A stretch of 63,988 nt of DNA, filler included, from Sanchytrium tribonematis (taxonomy: Eukaryota): the NCBI GenBank assembly GCA_018985235.1. It is 8 parts of 8 records of this genome, joined end to end, with 100 filler letters (N's around TTAATTAATTAA, not from the genome) between each part and the next. Parts side by side here need not be neighbours in the genome. Positions count along the whole stretch, not along the records: positions 32,787 to 38,166 come from JADGIG010000612.1; positions 38,267 to 43,643 come from JADGIG010000613.1; positions 43,744 to 49,113 come from JADGIG010000614.1; 5 more parts are not named here. One strand, written 5' to 3'. Positions 34,087 to 46,092 of this stretch are shown in pieces (position 1 is the first letter of the stretch; each line of letters begins with the position of its first letter). The notes below the pieces were generated by a model that was not told the origin of the DNA, searched no databases, and worked only from the letters and a program-made list of their open reading frames with translations. The translations under genes were made by a program, and so were the position numbers.

Positions 34087-34791
34087 ATGATTTTCACAAC
34101 AATGATCGAGGCTTTAGCAGCACCAGCAGAAACTACCATAAACCTTTTTGATCATAATGGATCAGGTAAGGATGAGGAGTTCTCAGTAACGCATGATTAC
34201 ACAATGTGTCAAATCAAATACAATTTGGGATTTGCTGTTTTGAGCTGCGGAACTCCCGAGAAAGTGAACCAGATTCAAATTAATGGCAATAACTTGCCTC
34301 TTATGGCCCCTTTAATACCAAATGGTGACGGTAGCTACCAACTTATGGATAAACGATATCTACCTGCTTCACTCGATTTTAAGGGAAATTCAATTTGCGT
34401 TGTGGACAAAAAAGGTAATTTGGCATGTGGCACACAAAATAAGTCACTAAGTAAGACAGAAACAATTAGTCTTACATTAATTGAAGCAGCGGTCCTTGTG
34501 TCTGAAATCCGATTTTCACCATCTGAATCATTTATGTGCATTACAGGATTTACCAGAACTGGCCAGAAGGAAGTTACACCAACTGACATCTATTGTACCA
34601 CATTGGGAGTTAAATTCTTGGAAAAAACCAAATGGACCCAAATGGCTAACTTGAAGGATGTGAATTCCATAATTCTCACTCCAGACAACGAAGTTTGTGG
34701 GCGTAAGACTTTTGATGATAAAGTGTACTGCATCAATATCGATGGTACTGTAGAAGAATCAGCAGGTGCTAAAAGTTATCAATTGAAATAA
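34087..34791 (+). CDS. Putative secreted Cys-patterned beta-repeat protein (family with 52743 and 54151)
   Basis: P.SLDF....IC.V...G.L.CG and FMC motifs shared with two paralogs. Confidence 0.7.
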   Translation: MIFTTMIEALAAPAETTINLFDHNGSGKDEEFSVTHDYTMCQIKYNLGFAVLSCGTPEKVNQIQINGNNLPLMAPLIPNGDGSYQLMDKRYLPASLDFKGNSICVVDKKGNLACGTQNKSLSKTETISLTLIEAAVLVSEIRFSPSESFMCITGFTRTGQKEVTPTDIYCTTLGVKFLEKTKWTQMANLKDVNSIILTPDNEVCGRKTFDDKVYCINIDGTVEESAGAKSYQLK

Positions 34792-34830
34792 AACATTTAT
34801 TAGTTAATGATGTTGAATTTCCATGTGCAT

Positions 34831-35742
34831 TTAAACTAGATATAAAAATTTCAATATTGTTTCAAGAAATCTTTCTTTAACAAAAGGGTGTTTCATTGCG
34901 TCTATTGCAGCTGGTCTGTCATTGCACAAATAATTTACAAATTCAAATAATTGTACCCAGTCATCTTTTGGCTTATCAAATTGATTTAAATCGTTATAAA
35001 AATTTGACTTTGGTATTTTTGCATAATCCAAATACATATATCCGATAGTGGCTCCAATCTGAAAGATATCCATTTCCTCACAATTATATGCTGGTATTTT
35101 TTGACCATGTAAATATGGATTTAATATTTCTGGTGGTAAAAAGTAGGACGTACCTGCTAATTTCCGACTGGTCACTTGCGTTGTTGCAAATCCAAAATCA
35201 TTCAAAATAAATGTGAATGGTTGAGTACTTGCATCCACTAAAATGTTATTCGGTTTAATATCCCGATGGAATATGCCTTGAGAATGCAAAATTGACACTG
35301 CTGTTAATAATTGGCGTGCGACATTTTTCATGGTATTTATGAAATTTAAAGAGTCATTTTTGTCCATTGGATGAATATACTGTGCTAAATCCATCTTATA
35401 ATATGGCATTTCATAAGAAAAACATGTATAAGTTAATGGTTCATCTATTTTTACATCGATGTCACTTTTGTAGATTTGTAGATAATTTGGAATAGATACT
35501 TCTTTCACGTCAGTAAGGATCTTTATAATATGAGGATGATCTAATTTTGACAACAACTCAAGTTCCTGTTGCAATCTTTCCTTCAATTTTTCAGATTGGT
35601 CAGTTGGAGTGCATTTTTCTTTAATGACGACATTTCTAGAATCATCATGGTATATTCTAGTGAATTTTATTCGATTTGCACTTGTGTCGACACGCTCATG
35701 TAAAATATTCAATGTGCCAAATATTAATAAAATCAAAATCAT
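34831..35742 (-). CDS. Ser/Thr protein kinase with hydrophobic N-terminal leader
   Basis: VVIK, HPHIIK, HRDIKPNN, DFG, GTSYFLPPE, DIFQIG; no Gly-rich loop. Confidence 0.85.
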   Translation of the reverse strand: MILILLIFGTLNILHERVDTSANRIKFTRIYHDDSRNVVIKEKCTPTDQSEKLKERLQQELELLSKLDHPHIIKILTDVKEVSIPNYLQIYKSDIDVKIDEPLTYTCFSYEMPYYKMDLAQYIHPMDKNDSLNFINTMKNVARQLLTAVSILHSQGIFHRDIKPNNILVDASTQPFTFILNDFGFATTQVTSRKLAGTSYFLPPEILNPYLHGQKIPAYNCEEMDIFQIGATIGYMYLDYAKIPKSNFYNDLNQFDKPKDDWVQLFEFVNYLCNDRPAAIDAMKHPFVKERFLETILKFLYLV

Positions 35743-35801
35743 TTTAAAATGATTTCACCCTCACACTCCTTGTCATACAATAATCAGAATACATTTATTT
35801 A

Positions 35802-36836
35802 TCAAGTAAACAACAATTCCATCAATAAATCAACAGATCCAATGATCCCAAAACACGCACTCAAAATCAAAATTATTTGTTGATTTAAATGACTCATAAA
35901 TCCATATAATCCATTTCCAATACCCACAATCAATAAAATACTCAATAAAATAAAGCATATGACAGCCCAATATCCAAAAGATTGAAATTGAAATGATTGA
36001 CGAAAGAAATGCGATAATTCCATAAATTTGAGAATATTTGCAATAAATAGTAAAATAGACCCAATAAATGCCATGAATCTATAACTATATTGAATATCAT
36101 CTTGTGGATCACTGATTAATCTACCAATATCCGCACTTGTCAATAAAATGACCCCACTTAATAAATACGTGCTACTCCAAAATGCAATTTGATGTAATGA
36201 GAAATTAGTGCATTTTCGACTTTGATTCATGATTTGTTGTCGTTTCATGCGCATTGGCAGGTGTAATTTGCGATAATAATGGATACGATGTTTAAAATCT
36301 TTTTCTAATTGGATAATATTTGGCATATCTATAACTTCAATGAACCCAGCAATAGCACCAAATAGAAATAAAATGCCTTTGATCCCATGAATGATGGTTA
36401 ATGTGTGATAATTCACAAGTTTCAAATTGCATATTTCACCCACCATAAACAACAAACTCCCAATTAAAAAGAAGAATGCCAAATAGAATGGAGAATGCTT
36501 TAATAATTCACTTGTAGAATGTCTATTTCTCCATTTTCCTTTTAATGGATAATCAGATCTAAATGTAGATAATCTTTTACGATGTTGTCGTGTTGAAAAA
36601 TGGAAATATTCATCATATTTAGGATCATAAAATAGAATACCAGTTGCAAATGTACCCAAATGCATTAATTTCTCTAATTGCCAATGACTTGGGAAATGGA
36701 CATGATTTAATGATAAAATGGGTAATTTATGGTTGATTTGATGTAATGTGGGATCAGAATCAATAGATGGTGAGTCAATTTCACTGTCAATTGGACTATC
36801 AATAGAAGCAGTGTGAATAGATGTGTGCTCCTCCAT
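35802..36836 (-). CDS. Hypothetical multi-pass membrane protein
   Basis: About six TM segments with repeated F.IGS.LF/L motif. Confidence 0.65.
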   Translation of the reverse strand: MEEHTSIHTASIDSPIDSEIDSPSIDSDPTLHQINHKLPILSLNHVHFPSHWQLEKLMHLGTFATGILFYDPKYDEYFHFSTRQHRKRLSTFRSDYPLKGKWRNRHSTSELLKHSPFYLAFFFLIGSLLFMVGEICNLKLVNYHTLTIIHGIKGILFLFGAIAGFIEVIDMPNIIQLEKDFKHRIHYYRKLHLPMRMKRQQIMNQSRKCTNFSLHQIAFWSSTYLLSGVILLTSADIGRLISDPQDDIQYSYRFMAFIGSILLFIANILKFMELSHFFRQSFQFQSFGYWAVICFILLSILLIVGIGNGLYGFMSHLNQQIILILSACFGIIGSVDLLMELLFT

Positions 36837-36862
36837 GTTTCAAGGTACCAAATCATGATTTA

Positions 36863-38166
36863 TTAAGTAATCACAGTTGGGGCATCTCGCTGTAAATATT
36901 TCTTTAATTCTACCATTTCCAATACTTGATTGATCATATCTTCTAATGCATTCTCAATTTGATAATCTTTAGAATATCTCTCCAAATACATTCTCACAGT
37001 TGCCCCACTACTGCCAGTCCCACTCATTCTAAATACCACTCTGCCTTCTTTCATTTTAATAATAATCCCTTGATTCTCACTAATAGATTGATCTACAGGA
37101 TCCTTGTAAGTAAATGATTCTCCATATTTTAAACAACACGCCATCAAGGATTGCGCACCCTCCAAACTCACTCCCTCATAGTCATATCGAGTAAAATAGC
37201 ATCTACCATATTTCACATATAAATCAGTCAATAATTCATGCACACTTTTATTGGTAAATGCCATAATAGACAACCAACATAAAAATGCAAATATGCCATC
37301 TTTTTCACGAATATGATCACTTCCAGTCCCAAATGACTCTTCCCCACACAAAGATAATTGATTAGAATCCATTAAATTCCCAAAATACTTCCATCCAGTT
37401 GGTGTTTCATAACAGGAAATATTCAAGGATTGTGCCACTAAATCCACTGCTTGACTGGTTGGCATACTTCTTGCAACACCCTTTAATCCATTCTTGAAAT
37501 ATGGAATGCATTGGTGATGATGTGCGATAATGGCTAATGAATCCCCTGGAGATACAAATTGATTATGAGACACAATCATATTTCTATCTCCATCTCCATC
37601 ACTAGCACATCCAATATCCACTTTCATTTCTTTCACTTTATCCAATAATGATTTCGCATATTTCAAATTGGGATCTGGATGCGTTTGATTGAAATCTACA
37701 GAGGGGACATGTCTCATAGTTTGACAGGTAGATGGTAAATTCAATAGAGTGAATAATTGGGTGATATAGGGACCTGTAGAAGCATTCATAGCATCAAATA
37801 AGATGGATTTAGATTGAAAATAATTGGAGATTAATTTGAAATCAAATAATTGGGACATGTATTGTAAATATTCAGATACACCATCAAATATAGTCAATTT
37901 GACTTTGTTGATGTTGGTTGAATGACATTTGGATAAATCAATGGGGTCAATTTGGTGTTTGGAATACCCCTTGATTTGTTTGGAATGTTCAAATACCTTG
38001 TTTGTGATGGATTCTGGTGCTGGTCCACCATTTGACATGTTTAATTTGATGCCAAAATCACCGTTGATACCTCCTTCATTATGAGATGCAGTTAATGCGA
38101 TACCACCGTGTAATTGATGTTGTCGAATGAATTGGGATAATGCAGGGGTGGTTAATAATCCATTTT
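36863..38166 (-). CDS. PGM: Phosphoglucomutase, 5'-truncated
   Basis: Frame open to contig edge: TASHNEGG phosphoserine loop, DGDGDRN, TPTGWKYFGNL, CGEESFGTGSDHIREKDG. Confidence 0.95.
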
Positions 38167-38434
38167 NNNNNNNNNNNNNNNNNNNNNNNNNNNNNNNNNN
38201 NNNNNNNNNNTTAATTAATTAANNNNNNNNNNNNNNNNNNNNNNNNNNNNNNNNNNNNNNNNNNNNTCATCATGATGTGTGATTTGATGATAAGAGATAT
38301 ACATGACGGGTATATTTGCCATTTTTATAGACTGCCAATAAGAACAATCAACATGACAGTCACTGGCATGCGACGGATCTCAGGAGAGTGCGTCGTGTTT
38401 CACTCAGACAAGTATCAACAACATATATTTTTAC

Positions 38435-39573
38435 TCAATAACCCTGCTTGCGCAATCTATGAACTGGCATTCTTAGGACGACACCTAATAAAATGCAGCT
38501 GATCATCAATTTAAACATAATAGACCAGGTCAAAATGACTTCTGTAGCACTCTCCTTTACTTGAATTGATCTCGCGTTTAAAATTGTGGCCATTGTGGTT
38601 GCTTTAGAGTACACCAAACTCGTTAAATCAATTGAAGACTGAGTTGATTGAAGCAAAACTCGACGAGTTGGGACTAAATGAGTAAAAAATACTAAATTTC
38701 TCAGTCAAAGCATCGTCTGTTGAGATTTGGGACCAATAGGTTTCACTAATCTCCAAGGATTTGTAGGGAACCAAGGTTGATACACTATCTGAAGCGCTTT
38801 GTAGAATGCTCTTTTGAATTGTTTGTATTGTCTTTGAGATGCTATTTGACATGCCACTTGGAATGGTAGATGTCTTTGAAGTGGCAATCTGCAATGGGGC
38901 AACAGCTGGTGCAACTAAATAAAACTTGTTACACATGGTCAAATTGACCACTTTTGGGTCATTTAAAAGGGCGTTGAATGATAAATCACAATTGGATGGA
39001 TTCAATTGAGATGCATCTTTTATATTCACACTTGTAATTTGATTACTGGCAATCTGGACAATGGATGGCGCATTCAAAGTCAAATTACCCGTCAAATAAA
39101 CATACTCTATTTAACGACAATACGCTCAAAGTAGGTGGAAACACAGGCAGATCTCCACTCATAAAGCAATTGCTGATTGTCATCTGAGTCATATTCACGG
39201 GGATTTGTGGGAAATTACCATAAACTGTGTGGCTTGGATCTATTTTCAGCGTCAACAAATGGGGAGGCAATCCAAGTGGGCCAAATGTACCATTTAGGTA
39301 GTAATAGTCATATCCGATCTCAATATATGGAAAATAAATGTCTGCTACGAATCCAGATTGACACGTGGCAAAACCAGAATTGCAACAATTTTTGGTGATT
39401 TTTTCAAACATCCCTGGTGCAATCTCTTTCATGGACATTGACCTGGCTAAATCGATCACATAATCACATTCAGAGGGAATATTTGCATTTGCTTGAGATA
39501 ACTATTGAGATGTGCATCCTGTAATATTTGCAAGTGAATTTGCGTCAAAAAAGTTCATTGATAAATCACAAGA
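38435..39573 (-). pseudogene. Disrupted LRR surface-protein gene (family of 60130-61414), cut off upstream by the LINE
   Basis: SCDLSMN...TSQ*LSQ...ECDYVIDLA...CC module with an in-frame TAG; frameshifts near 39095 and 38655; C-terminal TM in ORF 38435. Confidence 0.75.
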
Positions 39574-39869
39574 TTTTTTTTTTTAGAATATCATATTTAT
39601 TAAACACTACAGATATTCATTACAAAGCAGCGATTAGTAAATAATTGGAAAGTATATCAAGATAGCTTCCCTTTTTAGGGGGTCACCCCGCATAGATTTC
39701 TTGCCATTACCGACCAATCACGTTTGCAGAAAACGCCAATTGACCATGCTCGTCGCAGTATACCCACTGGACGTATATCATGCACCCAGAAGGGTGGAGA
39801 AATATCATAAAACTCTCCCTCCACAGACAGCTACAATCCAGGTGACTCACTGAGATCTAAATTAAAAAA

Positions 39870-40650
39870 TTACCCCTCCATTTGTCTTAATCTTGCTCTT
39901 AAAATGTAGTTACGAATGTTGGTATGTATGCCAGTAAAACACAAGAATAATGATTGCATTGTTTTCTTATTCAATTGTATATTGGAATTAGAGAATAAAA
40001 TTAAATTTGGCCGTCTGGAAATCACCCCTTGATTGGCAAAACAATTGTCCAGTGCAGAACGTGGGTGTCTCTGTATGAACGCCTCATATGCTAAGTGATC
40101 CGCAATAGAATTATAATAGTCTCCGGAATGACCTTCGACTTTTAAAAGAATAATTTCTTGAAGATGAGGTGAAACAGGGAGCAAAATATCTAGATGGCAG
40201 TGAAGATCTTTTGCAGAAATCAGATCATGTTGAGAACGTATATATTTGTCAATAATGTGTATTGAGTTGAGCGAATCACTAATAATTACCACTCCAGTAC
40301 CCTGATTAGATATTTCTTTCGTGACAAATATCATGTAAATGGCTGATAAGATAGCCATAAGCTCTATTCTGTTGATATCGAATATATTAGAATCGCAATG
40401 ATATTGGAAATAGTGGTAATTTGGCAAGTGTGGATATTTAATGATTATAGAATAGCCAGAGAGAATTCTACCATCTTCTAATGAAAATATGGAAGCATCA
40501 GTATATATAAGCGTGTAATCACTGTAGGAGATAGCAAATATATCAGTGAATGGTGCTGAGTGATTGAATGTGCGGGATGGTGGGTGAGTGGAGGGCGGTA
40601 AAGGAAGGAGTATTGAAGGATTCAATCTATTAATGATACATTGGTAGAGA
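39870..40650 (-). CDS. RNase HI domain, C-terminal part of a LINE polyprotein (5'-truncated)
   Basis: IYTDAS, NRIELMAI, IISDS, KVEGHSG..N..AD catalytic D-E-D-H-D set. Confidence 0.9.
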
Positions 40651-43643
40651 CAAGAAACATCGAAACAACACCAACAAGGAACCAGTTCGATTAGCAATGC
40701 TTTCAGGGATCAAAAACAGGCTCAAGAACAATTACCAACCCAACCACTATCATCTCGAATGCAAATACCACCGGTTTTTGCAACTCTTGAACAGCAATTT
40801 GATGCCCAAGTTCGAGATGTCCATACAAGATTACGCTCAAGACCACAATCATGCAATCGACTGTGTAAAAGAGTAAGAAACGCTCCATCTATAGATACTG
40901 CTAGCCTTACTAGTGAATCATCCGATGACTCATCTGATAGCTCATCAAATGATGCATCTTTAACAGATATCAATGAAGTTGAACATGAAATTACAAATTT
41001 TGATTCCATTTCCCGACTTATGAACCAAAATCATCATCGTTTATACAATTTTGCAATCGAAAATGGTTGGGATATTGTAGTATCCTCAAATCAAGCTATC
41101 AATCTTGTCGCCAGCTACACTATCTTTAGTCTCAAAGAGCATTTCATTGATAGAATTGAATTGGAATCGTTTATTGAAAAATTACAGCGACTTTACAATG
41201 AAATTGATCAACACATTTTCAAGTTAGATGATATCAACTTTGACTTTGCCAGTGATGTTTTTTGCAGAATCGACATGATTGTCCAAAATAATAATGAAGA
41301 ATTTAAAAATTCCGGAGAGGACTTTTGGATCAATTTGGACAACAATGAACGCAACAATGATTACACAAAATGCTTCGAGACTGAATGGACTACTATTGAT
41401 AATTTGTCCAAAGCAGATGCCAAATTAGCCACACTTAACATTAGTGGATCATATAAGAAAAATTGCCACCATTTCCAACAAATGGTTCGCGACCGACAGC
41501 TAGATATACTTTGCCTACTTGACACACGTCATACCACAAATCAAAAAATAAGCAAATACATGATTCTCGGAGAATGCGGCAAAAGCAAAAAAAATGTTGG
41601 AGGTATCATTGTTCTTGCACACCTCAATTCTTATCACAATTTTAAAATCATAACCATCAGCGAATGGTTTGTCCTTATTCAACTCGGACTGAATCATTTC
41701 TATTTAGGACTCTATATTCCACCCAGTCTCAAAAATTGGAACAAAGATGACTTTGAAACCCCTCAAAAGCTCTACGCTTTATTCGGTACAATAAAATCCA
41801 TACTGACACCTGACTGCATGATTATAATGTCTGGTGATTGGAATTGTAAATTTTCCAATATTAAATCAAAGGCAGAACGATTTATCGCTGAATTTCTGTC
41901 ACAATATAGAATGGAACTTCAGGTTTCTGATGGCGACCCTCTTACTCACATTATACTAGACAACGATCAACTCCGATTCTCCACCACAGATTATGTATTT
42001 TCCAACTTACCATACCCTTTGGAGTCTGTGATAAGTCTGTCTCTTCCTTCCCACTTCCAATTACAAAACAATCTACCGGAAATTAAAAAATGGCATAAAG
42101 TGGCTGACCATAATCTTATGATCACGACCATTAAAATTCAAAACACTGTGACCGTGATTGAATTTCTGCCAAAATTTCGCACAAAACTTTTTGACTATTT
42201 TGAGAATGACGACAATAATCTACCCCAATTCCCATATCGTCTTTCATACGGTCAAAGCATACTCTATCATTTCCTAGAAGCAAAATTAGACGTAAAAATT
42301 AACAAATTCGATTATAACGCCAATAATTCTTTTCAGCAAATGCGAATAAACAAAATTTGCCAACTCATTGGCAAATGCATGAATAAGTCACTAAACGAGA
42401 CTATTGGGAAACACTCCCAGAAATATCTGGATCTACAAATTCATCTCCAACAGGACAATGAAATATTAGACATGATCCGCAAGGGAGAAACATATGAATC
42501 TGTTACAGAATTTATGCGTAAGAATCGAAACTTTGGAATTCTTCGACATTCCTCTAGACTCCAAGAAATGTCAGACCCCGATATTAGTCAATACTATTCC
42601 AAAAAAATGAAATCCAACAAATTAAAAAATGCAAACCTAATTGTAGACCACATTAATACCCATGCGTCCATTCTTGCTGGAAGATTTGAACACGACGAAT
42701 ACTTACCACCCAAATCCTTTTTTGTTAATCAATGCACATCTATCACTACGGAAATGGGCACACTAGAAGATTTAAAGCAAATTTTACGCGCACTTCCCAA
42801 ATTTAAAGCCCCGGGATCATCCAAAATTCCTTATGAAGGCTACAAATACTTACCCATTGAGTGTGTCACCCTAATATATGAGTTTTTTATGATTATTTTT
42901 AAAACGGGTGTAGTGCCCAACAAATGGCAAACAACTGTAGTCTGCCCTGTATTTAAAAAAGGGGACCCTGGAGATATTACCTGTTATAGGCCAATATCTC
43001 TCAGTCAAGCGGCTCGTAAAATATTTGAAAAGTTGTACCTTAAAAAACTAAACCCACTTCTCAACAAATTTGACATGCAGCAATTTGCATATAAATCAAA
43101 AATATCAGTAGAATCTGCTCTTTTCACATTACAAAATCACCTATCCAAATTAAATAATGATAAAAACCATGAAAAAGTTTCCCTTTTATTGTTAGATCTT
43201 AAACAAGCATTTGACAAGGTATCAAGGAAGTTTTTATTAAGAAAATTGATACAAGATTTCAAATGTAAATCACTTGCTGCAATAGTATATGATTTACTTA
43301 ATGTTGAATTTCGACTGCGCATTCATAATATTTTAAGCGATCCATTCCCTACCAATGTTGGAATCATTCAGGGTAGTTCTCTTTCCCCTATTTTGTTTAC
43401 ATATGTAATGGGTAAATGCTTCCAATTTCTCCCAGAATATATCAAATGCATTCTTTTTGCAGATGACATTACAATCATAATCCCAAATAGCATTGATTTG
43501 AATTTATTTTTGACTCAACTTTCTGAATCAATTAAACATGCTAATCTGGAAATTAATTACCAAAAATCCAACCTAGTCACAAGCAATTTGAATTTTTTCC
43601 CAGATTCAACTCATTTAAATAAGAGCACAAGTGCCCAGAGACT
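40648..43643 (+). CDS. LINE APE endonuclease plus reverse transcriptase, truncated at both ends
   Basis: ATLNISG, LYIPP, SGDWN, DYVF, ADH (APE); KAPG, FKKGD, YRPISL, DLKQAFDKV, QGSSLSPILF, FADD (RT); frame open upstream to 40648. Confidence 0.95.
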
Positions 43644-43743
43644 NNNNNNNNNNNNNNNNNNNNNNNNNNNNNNNNNNNNNNNNNNNNTTAATTAATTAAN
43701 NNNNNNNNNNNNNNNNNNNNNNNNNNNNNNNNNNNNNNNNNNN

Positions 43744-43914
43744 TAATCTCTTGGAATAATAGCACCAATTGACATATCCTTCAAATAAATACAAGGTGGT
43801 TGATTTCTTGTTCATCATAATTTCTCCAAAATTGGTGGCATCTAATTCTATGATGTTGTCTGATTTTGGAATATTTAGAGTGAAAATGGCATTAAGAATA
43901 GTCAAATAGATCAT
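43744..43914 (-). CDS. PDI/thioredoxin-family ER protein with CxxS site, 3'-truncated
   Basis: Leader, IIELDATNF, YVNWCYYSKRL. Confidence 0.7.
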
Positions 43915-44187
43915 CCAAATGACTTGTAAGTGTCCAATTTTGTACCAGATCATCATTGTCATCACCAATCATCTCTACCAATCAAAATGGGTAAAAATAG
44001 CCAATGACGGAGTCGCACAATGTTTCAAGTGATTTTTCATTTACAAATCATTCTCTTTATACTCTCTATCATTTCAACCCAACATTTCATCATCAAACTA
44101 ATAAATGCCATTTTACAAGGAGCCAATTGTACTACCACAATGTTTCACAGGTGACCATTTGGTTTCATTCTGCCAATTCCCCTTGAA

Positions 44188-45105
44188 ATGTTCTATTTGA
44201 TCACGCTCTATGCATTATCCATCACTCCAAATGACATTTATTCCCATCTTATCCATCCAAATACACAATGGGATGCATCTCATAAATCCAAATTAAATAC
44301 TCAAATGCAATTACACCCTACATGGAAATACGACATTGTGAATCAATGCATTCTCAATAATTGCACCAGAATCCAAATGAAAATGATCATAGATGTCATA
44401 TTTCATGAAGATACGGAGCATTATCTTCAATATGCATTATATACCTTTCAATTGGTTCAATTAGACACTTTAAAGCAATTAGTTCCCATTAAATCACCAT
44501 TAAATACCACAGAATTGATTAAAATAGATTGTAAATCACAATTTAATGAAACATTTCAAATTGGTAATTGCACGCAACGAGGTGATTATCATCTAGAAAT
44601 ACTCAATATTCGCATTAATACATTTGTTGGCAAGAAATATAAAGCATGGCCTATGAGAACCCTATTAGAATTACAAGATCATGATGATTTGAATATATTT
44701 TATGAATTAGATGAAATTCAACAAATTGAAGCTCGATTATTGACTATAGATCAATTACATCTAGTTGAAATGGCATTTAAGATCAATGATAGACATAGAC
44801 GACTATTATTTTTAGAGATTTGTGCGTATCAATTGTTTTTAAACAGACAACCCAAACTATTGCAAAAATCACAAATTGACCATATTTTGGATATTTTCAA
44901 GTTAAAAATGGATATAAAACAGTCTCTTGGTACTACAAATGCTACTGATACTGCTACTACATCCATTGATCCAGTACAACCACTCTATGATCCATGGATT
45001 TCATATTTTAAAGATCCACTCATTATCCACAAATTCCCATATTATTTCAAATACACCATTTATGATAAAATAGAACATTATTTACAGTCCCGAATATATT
45101 TATGA
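44188..45105 (+). CDS. Hypothetical secreted protein
   Basis: 305-aa ORF with short hydrophobic leader. Confidence 0.55.
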   Translation: MFYLITLYALSITPNDIYSHLIHPNTQWDASHKSKLNTQMQLHPTWKYDIVNQCILNNCTRIQMKMIIDVIFHEDTEHYLQYALYTFQLVQLDTLKQLVPIKSPLNTTELIKIDCKSQFNETFQIGNCTQRGDYHLEILNIRINTFVGKKYKAWPMRTLLELQDHDDLNIFYELDEIQQIEARLLTIDQLHLVEMAFKINDRHRRLLFLEICAYQLFLNRQPKLLQKSQIDHILDIFKLKMDIKQSLGTTNATDTATTSIDPVQPLYDPWISYFKDPLIIHKFPYYFKYTIYDKIEHYLQSRIYL

Positions 45106-45165
45106 ATGGCAAACATATTGGTGGATATACGCAATTGAAACAGATTTATCATGAATAAATAAAAT

Positions 45166-45975
45166 TTATTGAATTACATTGCAAATCGTACAAATTAAAA
45201 CAGCTCCAGTGATAATTGATGCAATAACAGCTGGAATAGCATATTGGGATTGCTTTTGATTCTTTACGTTTAATTCATGATACATTGTCTCTAGTTTCTC
45301 AATATGGTTCTTTTGAAAAGCAACACATTGATCTGAATTCCAATCTAAATAGGGTATCACTGAGCAATCATTTAAATGGTCATAACAAATAGCTTGTTTC
45401 ATTATAGGTAGAGTCGAACAGACTCCTGTTGCTGTGTCTACACATGAATTGTCCACCACACAATCTTTTTCAAGACATGTCTCAAAAAATAAACAATGTT
45501 TCTTTTGTTCATCTTGTAAATCATATTTTTGATTGTGGATTTGATTCATTTGAATTGATCTATTTGTGGTTTCTTTAAAACTCTTTCGAATATAATACAT
45601 TAAACCAGATTCACCACCAGCTAATATTAAAATCAATGCTACTTTTCCAAATTTATGAATCAATTTTGATGAAAATCTATTTTCTAAATGTCGTTTTTGC
45701 AATTTAGTGACATCTCCTAGCAACAAATGAATGAAATCATAAAACAAATGTTGTTGTTTAATATTTGACAACATGTTATTGATGATGGACTTTGCTTTAA
45801 TTAAAATTAAATGTGGTATAATGCACAAATCTACTTGAAGATTATCATTTTGTATGAATTGTAAAAATGTAATTTCACAGTTTTCAATTAAAGTAGCATG
45901 TTTAATAATAAATTGATTAGCCTCATTTGACATTATTTGGAACAACACAGCATAGAAAAGAGTGTACAGCAGCAT
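45166..45975 (-). CDS. Hypothetical two-TM protein with Cys-rich loop and LQKR site
   Basis: Leader, KR, TM, eight-Cys loop, C-terminal TM. Confidence 0.6.
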   Translation of the reverse strand: MLLYTLFYAVLFQIMSNEANQFIIKHATLIENCEITFLQFIQNDNLQVDLCIIPHLILIKAKSIINNMLSNIKQQHLFYDFIHLLLGDVTKLQKRHLENRFSSKLIHKFGKVALILILAGGESGLMYYIRKSFKETTNRSIQMNQIHNQKYDLQDEQKKHCLFFETCLEKDCVVDNSCVDTATGVCSTLPIMKQAICYDHLNDCSVIPYLDWNSDQCVAFQKNHIEKLETMYHELNVKNQKQSQYAIPAVIASIITGAVLICTICNVIQ

Positions 45976-46092
45976 TCAATCACAGGGGATGTTTGAAGAT
46001 ACCAGTGATTGTGGCAGTTAGCACTGCTAAATTGTAAGTTGCGCAATAGTCGCTAATCGGGGTATAAATAGTTTGAATATTTTTTGTTGCAA

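Larger units (their letters stand above)
39574..43643. mobile_element. Non-LTR retrotransposon (LINE) with internal inversion: EN-RT on plus strand; RNase H, 3'UTR and poly(A) on minus strand
   Basis: A11 tail (T run 39574-39584) 11 nt after AATAAA (39596-39601, minus); RNase H and APE-RT ORFs meet head-to-head near 40645-40650. Confidence 0.8.

Noticed and set aside
38070..38096. PGM active-site loop TASHNEGG instead of TASHNPGG
   Set aside because: Catalytic Ser is retained; a single substitution in a divergent genome
39857..39873. Intron-like 17-mer GTAATTTTTTAATTTAG over the RNase H stop (minus strand)
   Set aside because: 17 nt rather than 19, and removal leads to TGA within three codons; no supporting gain
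39870..43643. RT plus RNase H as a retron, DGR or other prokaryotic RT system
   Set aside because: APE endonuclease, LINE-type RT motifs, poly(A) tail and eukaryotic context
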